From: Dehalococcoidia bacterium
GTDB lineage: Bacteria > Chloroflexota > Dehalococcoidia > GIF9 > AB-539-J10
Direction of reading: 5' to 3'
Length of the DNA: 46,150 nt
Assembly: GCA_003556385.1 (NCBI GenBank)
Contig: PWRA01000012.1
Span: 1-46,150 of the forward strand
Part shown: in pieces, positions 19,602 through 28,679 of the stretch
Layout: every line of letters begins with the position of its first letter
Numbering within the stretch: the stretch's first letter is position 1
Position numbers and translations under genes: made by a program
Notes under the pieces: model-generated
What the model was told of the DNA's origin: nothing
Databases searched by the model: none
Seen by the model: only the letters and a program-made list of their open reading frames with translations

Positions 19602-20130
19602 CTGTTTCTGTCTCCTTGGATTTTTTCAGAGAAACTGGCGCAAGGACCAGGGAAATACTCCTCTGCTCGGTAGCCGTGCTGCTTACCACGGCCAGGTCCT
19701 TCGAGGCCTCGGCCACTTCGCGTAACACCTTCCAACCCAGTTCAGGATAGATGATTTCGCGCCCTCTAAATCTCAACAGTAACTTCACTTTATTGCCTTG
19801 CTCCAGGAGTTTCCTCGTGGTCTTAATCTTCGCCTGCAGATCATGCTCCTCTATCTTCGGTCTTAGTCGGACCTCCCTGAGTAAGCCCACCCGCTGGCCT
19901 CTCTTGGCCTTCCGCTCTTTCTTCGTCTGCTCATATTTGTACTTGCCATAATCAAGAAGCCGACATACCGGGGGATTCCCTGTTGCTACCTGGACCAGAT
20001 CGAGACCTCGCTCCTGAGCAGCTTGTAGCGCTTTTGGCAGGGGGAGCACACCGAGCTGTTTCCCGTCTTCACCTATAAGACGAACCTCTCTGGCTCTGAT
20101 TCTCCTGTTGGTGGGTACGTCTCTAACTAT
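19579..20130 (-). CDS. infC: Translation initiation factor IF-3 (probable ATA start)
   Basis: NRRIRAREVRLI, PPVCRLLDYGKYKYE, RPKIEEHD, FRGRE; GGGGGAG RBS 7 nt before ATA at 20130. Confidence 0.96.
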   Translation of the reverse strand: MVRDVPTNRRIRAREVRLIGEDGKQLGVLPLPKALQAAQERGLDLVQVATGNPPVCRLLDYGKYKYEQTKKERKAKRGQRVGLLREVRLRPKIEEHDLQAKIKTTRKLLEQGNKVKLLLRFRGREIIYPELGWKVLREVAEASKDLAVVSSTATEQRSISLVLAPVSLKKSKETETDAKTENT

Positions 20131-20153
20131 ACTCTTTCTCCCCCGCACGGTAT

Positions 20154-21884
20154 TCACGACCTGGACTCTATGGCAGTCTTTATCCTGCTCTTAATAGCTG
20201 CCACAGCCTCTGGGCCCAGGTCCTCATTGCTCCTCGCGCGAAGCGAGGCGCTGGCTGAAGCCACTTCCTTATCACCCACTATCAGCATATATGGCACCTT
20301 CTCCAATTGGGCCTCTCTTATCTTCAGGTTCATTCTCTCGGAGCGGTCGTCTACTATCGCCCGGACACCTTCGCTCCTGAGGTCGGCCTCCACCCCGTGA
20401 GCGTAATCCGCATGTCGGTCCGCTATGGGAATAATGACCGCCTGGACTGGAGCCAGCCATACAGGAAACGCACCGCCGTAGTGCTCGGTGAGGCATGCAA
20501 CGAAACGCTCCATGGCACCGAGCACTGTGCGATGTATCATCGTCACACTATGCTCCGATCCATCTTCCCCAATATAACAGAAATGAAATCGTTGTGGCAA
20601 GTTGAAGTCAACCTGGATGGTAGGGCCCTGCCATTCATGTCCCAGAGCATCCCTGAGTTTGACATCGATCTTTGGTCCGTAGAACACACCCTCCCCCGGG
20701 TCTTCTTCATAGTCCAGCGCCAGCCTATCCAGAACATGTCTCAAGGACTCCGTGGCCTCTTCCCACATTGCCGCTGTGCCGGCGTACCTCTCGGGACGCG
20801 TTGATAGGAACACTTCATACTCTTCAAACCCAAAGCTGGACATCATGAACTGCGCCAACCTCACAACCTCCAGTAGCTCGTCCTCCACCTGATCGGGTCG
20901 GCAGAAGATGTGCGCATCGTCCTGAGTGAATCCTCTTACCCTGGCCATACCGTACAGCACACCCGTTCTCTCGTACCTGTACACCGTGCCCAGTTCCGCA
21001 TACCTGATGGGCAGGTCACGATAGCTGCGCAATCGGCTCTTGTAGATCAGGATGTGCCCCAGGCAATTCATGGGTCTGAGCATGTAGTGCTGTCCTTCGA
21101 TCTCCATCGGGGGATAGAGGGATTCCCTGTAGAACTCCCAGTGTCCGCTAGTCTTCCACAGGTCCAGTTTGGCGATGTGAGGAGTGTAGATGATGTCGTA
21201 GCCACGCTTATCGTGCTCATCCTTCCAATAGTCTTCGATTATACGTCGGACCAGAGCGCCTCTGGGATGCCAGCAGATCAGGCCGGGCCCAATCTCCTCA
21301 TGAGTGCTGAAGAGGTCCAGGTCTTTTCCCAGCTTCCTGTGATCCCTCTTGGCGGCTTCGGCCTGACGCTGCAAATACTCCCCTAGTTGTTCCTCGCTTT
21401 CAAAGGCCACCCCGTAGATCCTCTGCAGCATGGGCCGCTTCTCGTCGCCCCGCCAGTATGCTCCTGCTATGCGAGTAAGCTTGACCGCTCTCAGTTCGCC
21501 GGTTGAGTTCAGATGAGGGCCCCGACACAAGTCCCAAAACGATCCATGCTTGTAGATAGTCACGTCGGCTTCCGGAATCTCTTCGAGTAACTCCAGCTTG
21601 TAGGGCTGGTCGGCAAAGAGTTCTCGCGCCCGCTTCTTGCTCATTTGCTCTGTCACGAAACTGGCATCACGAAGGATGAACTCCCCCATCTTGTCTTCGA
21701 TCACGGGCAAGTCATCCGGTGTTAATGGGCGCGGTAGCTCAAAATCGTAGTAGAAGCCATTCTCAATCGTGGGCCCAATTCCAAATTTGGCTTCGGGAAA
21801 GAGGTGTTGCACTGCCTCGGCCATAACATGAGCAGCCGAGTGCTGCATCCGCTCGAGTTGCTCATCCCTTGCTTCACGTTTCAT
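20154..21884 (-). CDS. thrS: Threonine--tRNA ligase (lacks N-terminal TGS domain)
   Basis: HSAAHVMAEAV, DLCRGPH, AGAYWRGD, RDHRKLG, PMNC, RVRGFTQDDAH; start taken as ATG 21884. Confidence 0.97.
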   Translation of the reverse strand: MKREARDEQLERMQHSAAHVMAEAVQHLFPEAKFGIGPTIENGFYYDFELPRPLTPDDLPVIEDKMGEFILRDASFVTEQMSKKRARELFADQPYKLELLEEIPEADVTIYKHGSFWDLCRGPHLNSTGELRAVKLTRIAGAYWRGDEKRPMLQRIYGVAFESEEQLGEYLQRQAEAAKRDHRKLGKDLDLFSTHEEIGPGLICWHPRGALVRRIIEDYWKDEHDKRGYDIIYTPHIAKLDLWKTSGHWEFYRESLYPPMEIEGQHYMLRPMNCLGHILIYKSRLRSYRDLPIRYAELGTVYRYERTGVLYGMARVRGFTQDDAHIFCRPDQVEDELLEVVRLAQFMMSSFGFEEYEVFLSTRPERYAGTAAMWEEATESLRHVLDRLALDYEEDPGEGVFYGPKIDVKLRDALGHEWQGPTIQVDFNLPQRFHFCYIGEDGSEHSVTMIHRTVLGAMERFVACLTEHYGGAFPVWLAPVQAVIIPIADRHADYAHGVEADLRSEGVRAIVDDRSERMNLKIREAQLEKVPYMLIVGDKEVASASASLRARSNEDLGPEAVAAIKSRIKTAIESRS

Positions 21885-21936
21885 CTCAAACTGCCTGCAA
21901 TGGGGCACCAGATCAACTGTATACTCATCGAAAAAA

Positions 21937-22009
21937 TGGGCGGTACTGGACTTGAACCAGTGACCTCTGCGATGTCAACGCAGCGCTCTAACCACTGAGC
22001 TAACCGCCC
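21937..22009 (-). tRNA. tRNA-Val(GAC)
   Basis: GGGCGGTTAGCTCAGTGGTTAGAGCG-CTGCGTTGACATCGCAG-...GGTTCAAGTCC...CCGCCCA. Confidence 0.97.
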
Positions 22010-22134
22010 GCTCTACGATTCTAGCAGACATAGCTGAACGCAACAAACCTTCGGTAGTGCGGGAGAACCAGAGGATCGACTGTCCTCGGGAGGTCTGGAT
22101 GTTGAACATCCACGGAGCGCTACGCCTGCGATAT

Positions 22135-22374
22135 CTATTCCTTTCCCCGCAGCCTTACACCGCTGGTGATGTTGACCTCTATAGCTTGACCGCAATTGGG
22201 ACAGGTCACCTCCATCACAAGGGGTCTTCCCATCACCCTCTCTACAAGTGAAGTCACTATCGAATCCATATTGTCTAGTCTGTCATCTAACATGTCAAGT
22301 CGTCTGACTAACTGCCCCATATTCGGGTCCTGGCTTCTCTGTCCGGGTGGATTACCTTTATCCTGCGGAACCAA
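22135..22374 (-). CDS. Hypothetical small protein (coiled coil plus single CPNC motif)
   Basis: Heptad-like LVRRLDMLDDRLDNMDSIVTSLVERV, then VTCPNCG; starts 1 nt after the upstream stop; GGAG RBS. Confidence 0.7.
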   Translation of the reverse strand: MVPQDKGNPPGQRSQDPNMGQLVRRLDMLDDRLDNMDSIVTSLVERVMGRPLVMEVTCPNCGQAIEVNITSGVRLRGKE

Positions 22375-22375
22375 C

Positions 22376-22696
22376 TTATAGACTCTTCTCCACGACGCCC
22401 AGTGATTCTAATTCGGCTTTGTCCTCTTTCATCAGCTTATCTATCTGCTCGGCGATGGTGCGCTCCAGATACTTCCGAAAGGCATCCCGGGCGGCGGGCG
22501 ATGATCTTACTGCCTCCTTCACCTTCTGCCATTCGTCGGCTATTACCTCATTCATCTGCTCAACGCTTATGGGCTGTTTCCCCTGCCATAGCTCTTCAAT
22601 TCTGTCCAAGACCCTGAGCGTCATAGCCCTCTTAATGCGATCGAACGAGATTATCTCCTCCATTGTATAAGGTTGCCCGGCTTTCTTCTCGGTCAT
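22376..22696 (-). CDS. Hypothetical helical protein
   Basis: Strong GGAGGAGGT RBS and its own TTGACA-17-TATGAT promoter; charged, helix-like sequence. Confidence 0.8.
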   Translation of the reverse strand: MTEKKAGQPYTMEEIISFDRIKRAMTLRVLDRIEELWQGKQPISVEQMNEVIADEWQKVKEAVRSSPAARDAFRKYLERTIAEQIDKLMKEDKAELESLGVVEKSL

Positions 22697-22734
22697 ATCT
22701 GTTACCTCCTCCGATCATATTTGTTCTAGCCAGT

Positions 22735-22812
22735 ATCATACGTGCAGCAGGGCCGCTTGTCAAGGCACACCAGGCCTGCGCTGTTGAATTTCTGCCGTTG
22801 AGGGCGTATGAT
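22735..22812. promoter_or_regulatory. Back-to-back divergent sigma70 promoters
   Basis: Minus strand: TTGACA(22763-22758)-17-TATGAT(22740-22735). Plus strand: TTGAAT(22784-22789)-17-TATGAT(22807-22812). Confidence 0.7.
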
Positions 22813-22839
22813 ATCCGTCTGAAAGGAGGTGTTCTGGAG

Positions 22840-23100
22840 ATGTGCGAAGTCGAAGTCGGTAAGGTGACGGATTTCTTTGCTAAGCCGGTGGTAGCCGGCA
22901 TAGAGCTAAGCGGCCCATTAAGAGTCGGCGATAGACTCCATATTAAGGGCAGCTCCACAGATATGGAACTGGCCGTGGAATCTATGCAGATTGAGCGTGT
23001 TAACGTTACTGAAGGCAAGCCAGGCGATATTGTAGGCATAATAGTCCCGGATAGGGTGAGACCGGGCGACAGGGTCTACAGGATCACTGAAGGGCCTTAA
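22840..23100 (+). CDS. Stand-alone translation-factor beta-barrel protein (EF-Tu domain II-like / U32 peptidase C-terminal-like)
   Basis: [16 protein letters not shown]...LRVGD..HIKG..TD....VESMQI......G..GD.VGI...DRVRPGD.VY; AAAGGAGGT RBS. Confidence 0.8.
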   Translation: MCEVEVGKVTDFFAKPVVAGIELSGPLRVGDRLHIKGSSTDMELAVESMQIERVNVTEGKPGDIVGIIVPDRVRPGDRVYRITEGP

Positions 23101-23554
23101 GCAGATTCGCCATCTCGATAGCGTTTGCCGCGGCGGTGAAGCCCCTATTGCCTTCCTTGGCTCCCGCTCTCTGGATAGCCTGCTCCAAGGTATCGGCGGT
23201 GATAATGCCCTGTATTACCGGCAGTCCTGTGTCCAGACTCACCTTGCCGATCCCTCTGTTTACCTCCGAGGCTACATACTCAGAGTGCGGAGTGCCGCCT
23301 CGAATCACTGCGCCCAGGCATATGATAGCATCGTACCGATTGCTCTGTGCCAGTTTCTTACTGGTAATAGGGATCTCCAGACAACCGGGAGTCCAGGCAA
23401 CGTCGATGTGCGCCTCATTGACTCCGTGACGTAAGAGAGCGTCTCTTGCTCCCTCAAGCAACTTCGCAGTGATCAACTCGTTGAAGCGAGACACAACCAC
23501 AGCGAACTTCAGGCCTTTCCCTATCAGGATTCCTTCGTAGTGTTTGGCCATCAT
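23084..23554 (-). CDS. ribH: 6,7-dimethyl-8-ribityllumazine synthase
   Basis: [35 protein letters not shown]. Confidence 0.97.
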   Translation of the reverse strand: MMAKHYEGILIGKGLKFAVVVSRFNELITAKLLEGARDALLRHGVNEAHIDVAWTPGCLEIPITSKKLAQSNRYDAIICLGAVIRGGTPHSEYVASEVNRGIGKVSLDTGLPVIQGIITADTLEQAIQRAGAKEGNRGFTAAANAIEMANLLKALQ

Positions 23555-24759
23555 TGGACCTCCTCTATACCTAGAATGTGCCCGAACTTCTCCTGCTTGG
23601 TCTGCAAGTACCTCATGTTATAAGGGTTGCAGGGGGCTATCAGCGGCACAGTATCAACTATCTTGATTCCGTAGCTCTCCAACCCGATAACCTTCTTCGG
23701 ATTGTTCGTGAGCAACCTGATATTGCGCAGACCCAGGTCGGCCAGAATCTGAGCGCCTACCCCGTATTCTCTCAGATCAGGGGCAAACCCAAGCGCGATG
23801 TTGGCCTCCTCCGTATCCATGCCCTGGTCCTGGAGTGCGTAGGCACAGAGTTTGTTATGAAACCCGATTCCTCTGCCCTCCTGTCTCATATACAGGAAAA
23901 CACCCCGGTCTTCCTCGGCTATGCGCTGCAAGGCCATTTCAATCTGGGGTCCACAGTCACATCTCAGGCTGCCGAACACATCTCCGGTCAGACACTCGCT
24001 GTGCACCCGCACCAGCACCGGCTCATCACCGGATATGTTGCCTTTAACGAGCGCCATGTGCTCAGCCGCATCGACAGCACTGCTATACGCCACAGCTCTA
24101 TAGTCGCCATAGATCGTCGGTAGTTTGGCCTCTGTCACCTTCTGCACCATCTTCTCGTGACGAATGCGATAGGCAATCAAGTCGGCGATCGCAACGATCT
24201 TGATGTCGAATCTAGCGGCGATAGCCTGAAGCTGGGGCATCTGGGCCATAGTGCCATCCTCATCCATGATTTCACATATGACACCGGCCGGATACAGCCC
24301 GACCAGCCTGGCAAGATCAACGATAGCTTCAGTGTGTCCCGCTCGCACCAGCACACCACCTTCTCTGGCTCGAATCGGGAATACGTGCCCGGGTTGAACC
24401 AGGTCACTCGGCCTGGTGTCAGGATCAAGCACAGTCTTAATGGTCTGTGCACGATCAAAGGCAGATATCCCTGTCGTTACCCGGTCCTTGGCCTCAATAG
24501 AAACCGTAAAGGCAGTAGCGTAACGGGCGGTGTTATTGCCAACCATCAGTGGGATCGCCAGTTCGTCGAGCCTCTGGCCGGCAATGGGAAGACATATCAA
24601 CCCCCTGCCGTGCTTGGCCATGAAGTTAATCGCCTCAGGGGTGACCTTCTCAGCAGCTATCGCGAGGTCGCCCTCATTTTCCCGCGCCTCGTCATCGACA
24701 AGAATGATAAGCTTGCCTGCTTTGATGTCTTCGATTGCCTCGGAAATGCTAGCCAGCAT
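23551..24759 (-). CDS. ribBA: Bifunctional DHBP synthase / GTP cyclohydrolase II
   Basis: [50 protein letters not shown]; start ATG 24759 with GGGGG RBS. Confidence 0.97.
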   Translation of the reverse strand: MLASISEAIEDIKAGKLIILVDDEARENEGDLAIAAEKVTPEAINFMAKHGRGLICLPIAGQRLDELAIPLMVGNNTARYATAFTVSIEAKDRVTTGISAFDRAQTIKTVLDPDTRPSDLVQPGHVFPIRAREGGVLVRAGHTEAIVDLARLVGLYPAGVICEIMDEDGTMAQMPQLQAIAARFDIKIVAIADLIAYRIRHEKMVQKVTEAKLPTIYGDYRAVAYSSAVDAAEHMALVKGNISGDEPVLVRVHSECLTGDVFGSLRCDCGPQIEMALQRIAEEDRGVFLYMRQEGRGIGFHNKLCAYALQDQGMDTEEANIALGFAPDLREYGVGAQILADLGLRNIRLLTNNPKKVIGLESYGIKIVDTVPLIAPCNPYNMRYLQTKQEKFGHILGIEEVQ

Positions 24760-25390
24760 CTGTCCCCCCTGTGAATCCATACTCTGCGAGGAACTCAGAG
24801 TCCAGTCGCTGTGTTCTTCGTTCATTGAGCCCCTCAACATACTTAGCTATTATATCTGCTTCCAGGTTAACTACGTCGCCGGGCCTTCTCTCGCCCAACG
24901 TAGTGTGTTCCATGGTGTAAGCCACTAGAGAAACTGAGAGAGATAGGGCATCAAACCCTGCTATGGTAAGGCTAACACCGTCAATGGCGATGAAGCCCTT
25001 ATCAACAACATAAGGCATCAGTCTAGCCGGCACGGAAACCCTCATAATGCGCGCAGCCTCCTCGGCAGCTATGCTCACAACTCCTCCCGTGTCATCGATA
25101 TGACCTAACACCAGGTGACCGCCGAGCCGTCCACCGAGCACAAGCGCCCTTTCCAGATTCACATGGTCGTTATAGCGAAGGCCACCGAGATTAGTGCGTC
25201 GTAACGTCTCAGGCATAATATTAGCACTGAAGCGGCGATTTTCCAAGGAGATCACCGTTAAGCAGACGCCGTTAACCGCTATGCTATCACCTTCCTTCAT
25301 CCCTTCTAGTGGTTCAGGAGTCTCGAAGGTCAGGTGGTGAGCAGTTGCCTCTTTTAATGTCCCGATCTCTTCAACTATTCCAGTGAACAT
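24749..25390 (-). CDS. ribE: Riboflavin synthase alpha chain
   Basis: MFTGIVEE, SIAVNGVCLTV, VNLERA, GGHLVLGHID, DGVSLT. Confidence 0.97.
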   Translation of the reverse strand: MFTGIVEEIGTLKEATAHHLTFETPEPLEGMKEGDSIAVNGVCLTVISLENRRFSANIMPETLRRTNLGGLRYNDHVNLERALVLGGRLGGHLVLGHIDDTGGVVSIAAEEAARIMRVSVPARLMPYVVDKGFIAIDGVSLTIAGFDALSLSVSLVAYTMEHTTLGERRPGDVVNLEADIIAKYVEGLNERRTQRLDSEFLAEYGFTGGTDAG

Positions 25391-26529
25391 GGTGTTGCAC
25401 TCGCGATCGCCTTATCCCCTCGCGGCAAATCCTGGTCTACATATCCCGTAACCAGCACATCGTTGCCAAGACTCTTCACAGCGGTGCGCTTAAGACGCAT
25501 AGCCTCGGCCATCTTGTCAATGCCACGGCCCGCAACAGTCGTAGCCCCACTGCCTCCGATAATTACCGGTGAGATGAATGCCAGCACCTTGTCTACCAGG
25601 CGGCGGTCGAAAAGCGAACCCAGAAGCTCACCCCCACCTTCCACCAGGACACTGCCGATCTCGCGTTTACCCAATAGCTTCAGCAGCTCGAGCGCATCTA
25701 CGCCGCCCTCGCTGGCAGGCAATTCCAACACTTCGACGCCAACCTCCATGAACCTCTCCTTCTTTGCGGGATCAAAAGGTTCCGCTACCACAAGCATAGC
25801 TTTGCCGGGCGACTGAAAGACGTGGGCGTTCAACGGCACTCTCCCCTGGCTATCCACAATCAGACGCAGAGGCTGCATCCTCCCTGTGCCCCCTCTTCCA
25901 CCGCAGCCTCTGGCGGTAAGGCGAGGGTTGTCAGCGAATACGGTGTTAACCCCTACCATTACGGCATCGACGACGTACCGCAGAGCATGGGCATACCTCC
26001 GCGCGTCTGCCCCGGTTATCCATTTGGATTGACCGGTCCGGGTGGCAATCTTGCCATCAAGGCTCATGGCGAACTTGGCTATCACGAATGGTAGGCCGGT
26101 AGTGACGTGTTTGATATACGCCTCGTTGATGTGGTGGGCCTTCTGCTCACAGATGCCCACGTGGGTCTTGATACCCGCGCCATTGAGCCTGCGGATGCCG
26201 CGCCCCGACACCAACGGATTCGGGTCACGCAGTGCTATGTACACCTCCGCTATCCCCGCCTGTATTATGGCTTCCGTGCAGGGTGGAGTGCGTCCATAGT
26301 GACAGCATGGCTCCAGGGTAACATACATGGTAGCCCCCCGTGCTCTGTCGCCAGCCTGGCGAAGGGCCACTACCTCTGCATGATCAGAGCCGACAGGCCG
26401 AGTGTATCCCATGCCCACCCAAGCTCCATCCTTGATGACTGCTGCCCCTACTGCCGGATTGGGCCTCGTATATCCCATAGCTAACCCGGCTAGAGACAGA
26501 GCGCATTTCATGTAGTCCTGAGATGCCAT
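25375..26529 (-). CDS. ribD: Bifunctional pyrimidine deaminase/reductase RibD
   Basis: PNPAVG, HAEV, TLEPCCHYGRTPPC, SLDGKIA, SKWITG, VEGG. Confidence 0.97.
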   Translation of the reverse strand: MASQDYMKCALSLAGLAMGYTRPNPAVGAAVIKDGAWVGMGYTRPVGSDHAEVVALRQAGDRARGATMYVTLEPCCHYGRTPPCTEAIIQAGIAEVYIALRDPNPLVSGRGIRRLNGAGIKTHVGICEQKAHHINEAYIKHVTTGLPFVIAKFAMSLDGKIATRTGQSKWITGADARRYAHALRYVVDAVMVGVNTVFADNPRLTARGCGGRGGTGRMQPLRLIVDSQGRVPLNAHVFQSPGKAMLVVAEPFDPAKKERFMEVGVEVLELPASEGGVDALELLKLLGKREIGSVLVEGGGELLGSLFDRRLVDKVLAFISPVIIGGSGATTVAGRGIDKMAEAMRLKRTAVKSLGNDVLVTGYVDQDLPRGDKAIASATPCSLE

Positions 26530-26668
26530 TATAACCCACCCCTTCGGGACGAACTACTTACAGGGTCTGGCATCTGCGGCTTCACTCTACCTTCAGTGGT
26601 CATATCACAAGCTATAGGTAAGCTCTTGCCCTCTAACTCGAAAGTGCCCCTTGCACCGATCAGTACCA

Positions 26669-26697
26669 ATTGTAACAACAGCTTCGGCGAACTGCAA
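26669..26697 (-). promoter_or_regulatory. Putative promoter of the rib operon
   Basis: TTGCAG-17 nt-TACAAT with extended TG; predicts a leader of about 130 nt. Confidence 0.6.
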
Positions 26698-26756
26698 AAC
26701 GAGGACCGACGAATAGCAAGATCTTCGCTCATCTGGTATAGTTGAACGGTCGGCCA

Positions 26757-27173
26757 ATGGAAAAAGCTTTCGAGATAATGGACCATACCGCCGATGTCGG
26801 GATCATCGCATACGGTGCAAGCATCGAGGATCTGTTCTCCAATTCTGCCATGGCCCTATTCAGCCTCATTACCGAACTGGAGGACGTCGAGGAGAAACTG
26901 CGTCTTGACGTGGAAGTCAGCGGCGAGGATACGGAAAGCCTGCTGGTGGAATGGCTTAATGAACTCATATACCTCGTTGATGCCAGACACGTTCTGCTCA
27001 AGCGATTCGTTATCGAAAGCCTGACCGAGAGGGAGCTTCATGCTGTCTGCTACGGCGACGAGTTTGATCCCGCAAAACACAAGATGAAGGTCGGCGTGAA
27101 GGCAGCTACCTATCATATGCTAGAATTGGCGAAGAGCGATGGATACAGCGCACAGGTGATATTCGACATATAG
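26757..27173 (+). CDS. Archease (RtcB activator)
   Basis: FEIMDHTADVG, LLVEWLNELIYL, VKAATYH, C-terminal VIFDI. Confidence 0.95.
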   Translation: MEKAFEIMDHTADVGIIAYGASIEDLFSNSAMALFSLITELEDVEEKLRLDVEVSGEDTESLLVEWLNELIYLVDARHVLLKRFVIESLTERELHAVCYGDEFDPAKHKMKVGVKAATYHMLELAKSDGYSAQVIFDI

Positions 27174-27184
27174 GAGTAGAAGAT

Positions 27185-28642
27185 ATGGCGAGATGGCAAG
27201 GGCAGCTTATCAAGGTGGATGATTGCCGCTGGAAGATTCCAGAGAATTATAAGTCAGGCATGAGAGTTCCCGGTCTCATCTACGCCAGCCAGGAGATGCT
27301 GGAATCCATGCTCGACGAACAAACCCCCGAGCAGGTGGCAAATGTCGCTTTTCTGCCCGGCATTGTGGGTTACTCGCTTGCCATGCCGGATATTCACTGG
27401 GGCTATGGATTCCCTATAGGAGGAGTAGCAGCTACGAGTGTCGAGGATGGTGTGATTTCTCCAGGAGGAGTGGGTTACGACATCAACTGCGGCGTGAGGT
27501 TGCTGCGCACCGACCTTACCGAGGATGACGTGCGGCCCAAAATAGACCAGCTTGTCAGCGCGCTGTTCCGGGATGTCCCGTCAGGCCTCGGCTCGGAGGG
27601 AACGATCAAGGCGGGGCAAAAGGAGATGCACCAGCTGATGGTTGAGGGAGCTCGCTGGGCAGTGAAGCGCGGCCTTGGTTATGAGGAGGACCTGGATGCT
27701 ACTGAGGAGAACGGTTGTCTCAGCGGCGCCGATCCCGCGAAGATCAGCGACAGAGCGGCAAAGAGAGGTATGCCTCAGGCAGGTACACTGGGATCAGGGA
27801 ACCATTTTCTTGAGGTACAGGTGGTGGAGGAGATATACGACTCGGAGGCAGCCGGCGTCATGGGCATCGCCGAGCAAGGCCAGGTGCTGGTCTTGATTCA
27901 CACGGGCTCTCGTGGCTTTGGGCACCAGATATGTACCGACCATCTTCGAGTCATGGAGCGGGCGGTTTCCAAGTACGGGATAAAACTTCCCGACCGCCAG
28001 CTCGCCTGCGCCCCCGTACAGTCATCGGAAGGCCAGGACTACCTGGCGGCCATGGCATGTGCCGCTAACTATGCCTGGAATAACCGGCAGTGTATAGCCC
28101 ACTGGGTGAGAGAGGCGTTTGGCAAGGTTTTTGATCAAAGCCCGGAGAGCCTCGGCATGAGGCAGATATACGATGTTGCCCACAACATCGCCAAGATAGA
28201 AGAACACGTGGTGGACAGCGATAAGCTCAGAGTTTGTGTGCACCGCAAGGGGGCTACGCGCGCATTTCCGCCGGGCCATAGGGACATACCTGATCGCTAC
28301 AAAGGGATAGGGCAGCCTGTCCTCATACCCGGAGATATGGGGCGTTGCTCCTTCGTCGCTGTGGGCACTCAGAAGGCTATGGATGAGACCTTCGGGTCCA
28401 CCTGCCATGGTGCCGGTAGAATGCTGAGTCGCGGAGCGGCAAAGCGCACCTTAAAGGGTGCCGACATAGTTCGGGAACTGGAGAGCAGAGGCATTGCCGT
28501 CAAAGCGGGAAGCATTCCTTCTCTGGCGGAAGAAGCATCGCAAGCCTACAAAGATGTTACCAAGGTCATAGAGGTGGTGCATCGAGCCGGCATCTCTCGG
28601 AAAGTGGCCATGGCCGTACCTCTGGGCATTATCAAGGGCTGA
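27185..28642 (+). CDS. rtcB: RNA-splicing/repair ligase RtcB (archaeal-like)
   Basis: MPDIHWGYGFPIGGV, GYDINCG, GTLGSGNHF, HTGSRG, HNIAK, HRKGATRAF, CHGAGR, AYKD. Confidence 0.97.
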   Translation: MARWQGQLIKVDDCRWKIPENYKSGMRVPGLIYASQEMLESMLDEQTPEQVANVAFLPGIVGYSLAMPDIHWGYGFPIGGVAATSVEDGVISPGGVGYDINCGVRLLRTDLTEDDVRPKIDQLVSALFRDVPSGLGSEGTIKAGQKEMHQLMVEGARWAVKRGLGYEEDLDATEENGCLSGADPAKISDRAAKRGMPQAGTLGSGNHFLEVQVVEEIYDSEAAGVMGIAEQGQVLVLIHTGSRGFGHQICTDHLRVMERAVSKYGIKLPDRQLACAPVQSSEGQDYLAAMACAANYAWNNRQCIAHWVREAFGKVFDQSPESLGMRQIYDVAHNIAKIEEHVVDSDKLRVCVHRKGATRAFPPGHRDIPDRYKGIGQPVLIPGDMGRCSFVAVGTQKAMDETFGSTCHGAGRMLSRGAAKRTLKGADIVRELESRGIAVKAGSIPSLAEEASQAYKDVTKVIEVVHRAGISRKVAMAVPLGIIKG

Positions 28643-28679
28643 TTACCAGACTCTTACCCGGCATCGGCGAGGGCTGGCA

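Noticed and set aside
21937-22400. tRNA-Val as an integration site for a genomic island
   Set aside because: No integrase, no duplicated tRNA 3' end and no compositional shift; thrS follows directly
26530-26700. FMN riboswitch before ribD
   Set aside because: The conserved aptamer sequence blocks are absent; only a short GATCGGTGCAA resemblance
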